Shown: in pieces, positions 25,601-26,868 of the stretch | Numbering within the stretch: the stretch's first letter is position 1 | Layout: the number at the start of each line of letters is the position of its first letter | From: Promethearchaeota archaeon | GTDB taxonomy: Archaea > Asgardarchaeota > Hermodarchaeia > Hermodarchaeales > Hermodarchaeaceae | NCBI GenBank assembly: GCA_048938295.1 | Contig: JBHLMI010000030.1 | Span: 1-26,868, forward strand | DNA length: 26,868 bases | Direction: 5' to 3' | Made by a program: the position numbers and the translations under genes | The notes under the pieces: model-generated | Database searches by the model: none | What the model saw: the letters and a program-made list of their open reading frames with translations, nothing else | What the model was told of the DNA's origin: nothing

Positions 25601-26868
25601 TGGACCGTTTTTCAATCTGTTACCCATAACTTCGTCTCTATGGGAAGTGGAGTCTACCAGCTGACATTGAATTTAACAGGTGTTACCCCCACAACTTATC
25701 CGCTAATTGTGTATGCACAGCGACCGAACTACGAAAACCAATCGATAGGCTTGAACTTGGGAGTTCTTGCAAAGCTCATACCTTCATTGACTGTGACCCT
25801 ACCACAGGGAATTGTTGAGGGAACTGAGGTTGCAGTGAGAGTGGATCTAAGTTTTGCCAATGCCACGCCTATTATAGGCGCTACAATCAACCTGACTGTC
25901 TGGGTGGATTATCAGAATGGAACCATCTTAGTTTTGTACTCACAGATAGTCACTACTGACAATCTAGGTACACGTATTGCCCCTGTTCAACTCGTGCCCT
26001 ACTCCGAGGAGGAGTGGGCCAGCGGAACCTTTGAGCCCTACCTTTGGGCATCAGCAGAGTTCGCGGGTACCCGTGCCCTGACGGGATCAACAGATGTTAC
26101 CTCCGAACCGATTTCACCACGGTTCAATCCCTGGCCATGGTGGGTTTATCTACTCGTGACTCTTCTACCTTTCATTCTAATCTTAATCTTCATAATTATA
26201 ATCAGTTGGGCATACTATGCAAAGCGGGTTAAACCACGACGGTTGGCCCAACAACAAGCCCTTGAACAAAGCGCAGGAGTCTGGGCGCAACGCATGATGG
26301 GTTTAATGAACTTGCGGGCCCTCTTCGTGACCTACTCTAAAACGGGATTACCCATTTTTACGTACGATTTTGCTGGTGGCGAAATGCCGAGTACCTTGCT
26401 ATCTGGGTTCCTCTCTGCGGTCAATGCATTTTATAGTGAAGTCTCCGGTGAATTAGACCGCGAATCCCAACTCCGTGATATCCACTACAAAGACCTGCAC
26501 TTGAGCTTACGAGAAGGGAAGTACATCGTAAGTGTCCTCATTCTCGGCTCATCACCCAGCGAGGTCCTGACCCAGTCGCTAGCAGAATTTACCTCGAAAT
26601 TTGAAGTTCACTTCAGAAAGAACTTGGCGACCTTCGAAGGACGTATCGATGTCTTCGACAAAGCTACAGAAATCGTTGAATCAAGTTTCCATGGCGAATT
26701 GTTACTGGCCTACGAATGTGTGAAGCCACCTTCGCGGGGATTCGCCCGGAAAATCTATGAATTAGGTGTTGACCTTGCCGATGATGAAGGGCGGATTTAC
26801 CTTCCTCAGCTGTTTGTTGCAGCCATCGAAAAATTTGGATCGAAGAAGAAATTCGACATCGCCAATGC
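22697..26868 (+). CDS. Large type-I membrane protein, 3'-partial: signal peptide, beta-rich ectodomain with Ig-like repeats, single TM, cytoplasmic longin-like domain and further C-terminal domain
   Basis: Manually translated: 1390 codons with no stop, from GTG 22697 (GGTGA SD at 22685-22689; in-frame TGA at 22667) to the window edge. N-terminus MARRHWIIVTFIVVLLFPLLV; TM WWVYLLVTLLPFILILIFIIIISWAYY (26138-26218) followed by KRVKPRR; tail LRALFVTYSKTGLPIFTYDF...LLSGFLSAVNAFYSEV...FTSKFEVHF. Confidence 0.93.
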   Translation, partial: MARRHWIIVTFIVVLLFPLLVDTPNLPIHRVSAENSGSPQYSPPPPYGGEPVGEYSGNGATTSIMATYNKTLSTPTSSDVLTDFSVTLPINWDVVINTSFSSLTANPVVLDVETDDSTVEGSHNIRAAMSFQITNSCYLSSVMVRVEAGLFELLDSLDDLYVSIFNATEDSGRPKPDQLWSTREYFDLGDSTDTFDGWINATWASPVHLTTSTSYNDYYFVVLVPESGATVSWQFRTDVGNGDSGYAWRWMAGWTFYPVDYFLNVSLLPSGGTPKPSQISMQVNGTAVTDAVGNAGWWASSFTASSSPTLFNVTATWPITFDYTYIALFAQILVGTTNFQTDYQLSLASWNITASVSFPNVNADANSRTINFSIPANWKIQTLLNGTTVKSITDYKDNSTNPGSPGYLFIDEPTGAGNGTLWRTVSSDLNYVQTPVIKRGGLDVTGQQVNITDTLAVSVQVSTFTDGQGRFNPYDELGVSLNEWLQTPDGGGLLNFTSFTPSSYAITNVSMRCEVVWSNSFHAGVGLSSVGLLYPTMVTGTPSAYTSLIGDMVNVSVYYEDTHNTAGIPNAEVNVTFSGSTYTLTDRGAGYYWSLLDTGTMGLGRGVHSGSVSADRQGYSASLTSVSLILWSKTQLVANFTSLTISYADSVVLEVNYSVLTPLGEGGILGAQVNISESGIVLSALTDVGGGNYTILLSGMSLDVGVHNLIVNASKPGELYQNNTLFVILTVTGEPTTITGAAPSSVDGGTAFNVSIDYLFLNGTGITGASISCLLNDSPFLGFTLFDLANGTYKAQFVLDVSGSPATFNISLTASRGGFDAASYDALVDVLIRPTTYSVQVLSASPVVYSAPFQIRVTYQDMLAVGIIGAVVDGNWSTVISVDNLDGTYTVTCQTTGWAAGWWTISFNITVINYDTQYFSETFYLVWSTTLTPQGGDFSPADYENENITLEVTFWDSSNSVGITGATVWTVFQSVTHNFVSMGSGVYQLTLNLTGVTPTTYPLIVYAQRPNYENQSIGLNLGVLAKLIPSLTVTLPQGIVEGTEVAVRVDLSFANATPIIGATINLTVWVDYQNGTILVLYSQIVTTDNLGTRIAPVQLVPYSEEEWASGTFEPYLWASAEFAGTRALTGSTDVTSEPISPRFNPWPWWVYLLVTLLPFILILIFIIIISWAYYAKRVKPRRLAQQQALEQSAGVWAQRMMGLMNLRALFVTYSKTGLPIFTYDFAGGEMPSTLLSGFLSAVNAFYSEVSGELDRESQLRDIHYKDLHLSLREGKYIVSVLILGSSPSEVLTQSLAEFTSKFEVHFRKNLATFEGRIDVFDKATEIVESSFHGELLLAYECVKPPSRGFARKIYELGVDLADDEGRIYLPQLFVAAIEKFGSKKKFDIAN
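24299..26119 (+). repeat. Six protein-level tandem repeats of about 94-115 aa (Ig-like/beta-sandwich) within the large ORF
   Basis: Unit starts near 24299, 24593, 24899, 25196, 25478 and 25775. Recurring GIPNA/GILGA/GITGA/GIIGA/GITGA/PIIGA and DRGAGYY/DVGGGNY/DLANGTY/DNLDGTY/SMGSGVY. No obvious DNA-level repeat. Confidence 0.75.

Noticed and set aside
22834-26232. Short track ORFs (22834-23049, 23193-23486, 23609-23839, 23940-24140, 25341-25541, 26044-26232) that make the last 4 kb look non-coding
   Set aside because: All are off-frame or antisense shadows of the single long ORF starting at 22697.
1-26868. CRISPR arrays, IS elements, integrases, rRNA or SRP RNA
   Set aside because: No regularly spaced direct repeats, transposase/recombinase motifs, or gaps large enough with matching features were seen.

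Overview
Archaeal chromosomal window with no mobile element or CRISPR array seen. An Asgard archaeon is the likely source (inference from eL38, a presenilin-type GxGD protease and a membrane-anchored longin-domain protein). Bases 1-22.5 kb are mostly conserved housekeeping genes: srp54 (5'-truncated), a degenerate trmY-like gene, pus10, rpl21e, rpo4, DUF655, rsmA, a HemK-type methylase, a DRG GTPase, rpl10e, eno, a METTL5-like methylase, csl4, rpo11, a Mini-RNase III-like gene, tfs, GGR, pth2, truD, a NusA-like gene, an Lrp-type regulator, sucCD, rpl38e, a presenilin homolog, a beta-CASP nuclease, PAC2 and a Trbp111/CsaA-like protein. Three real features are absent from the supplied ORF track: rpl40e (18437-18598), an intron-containing tRNA-Val(CAC) (18613-18720), and a >1390-codon ORF (22697 to the window edge). 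That ORF encodes a signal peptide, a sequon-rich ectodomain with six ~100-aa Ig-like repeats, one TM helix and a cytoplasmic longin-like domain followed by a further domain. This receptor-like protein, its palindrome-rich upstream region and the nearby presenilin homolog are the most interesting signals. All family assignments come from motif recognition by eye; no searches were run.
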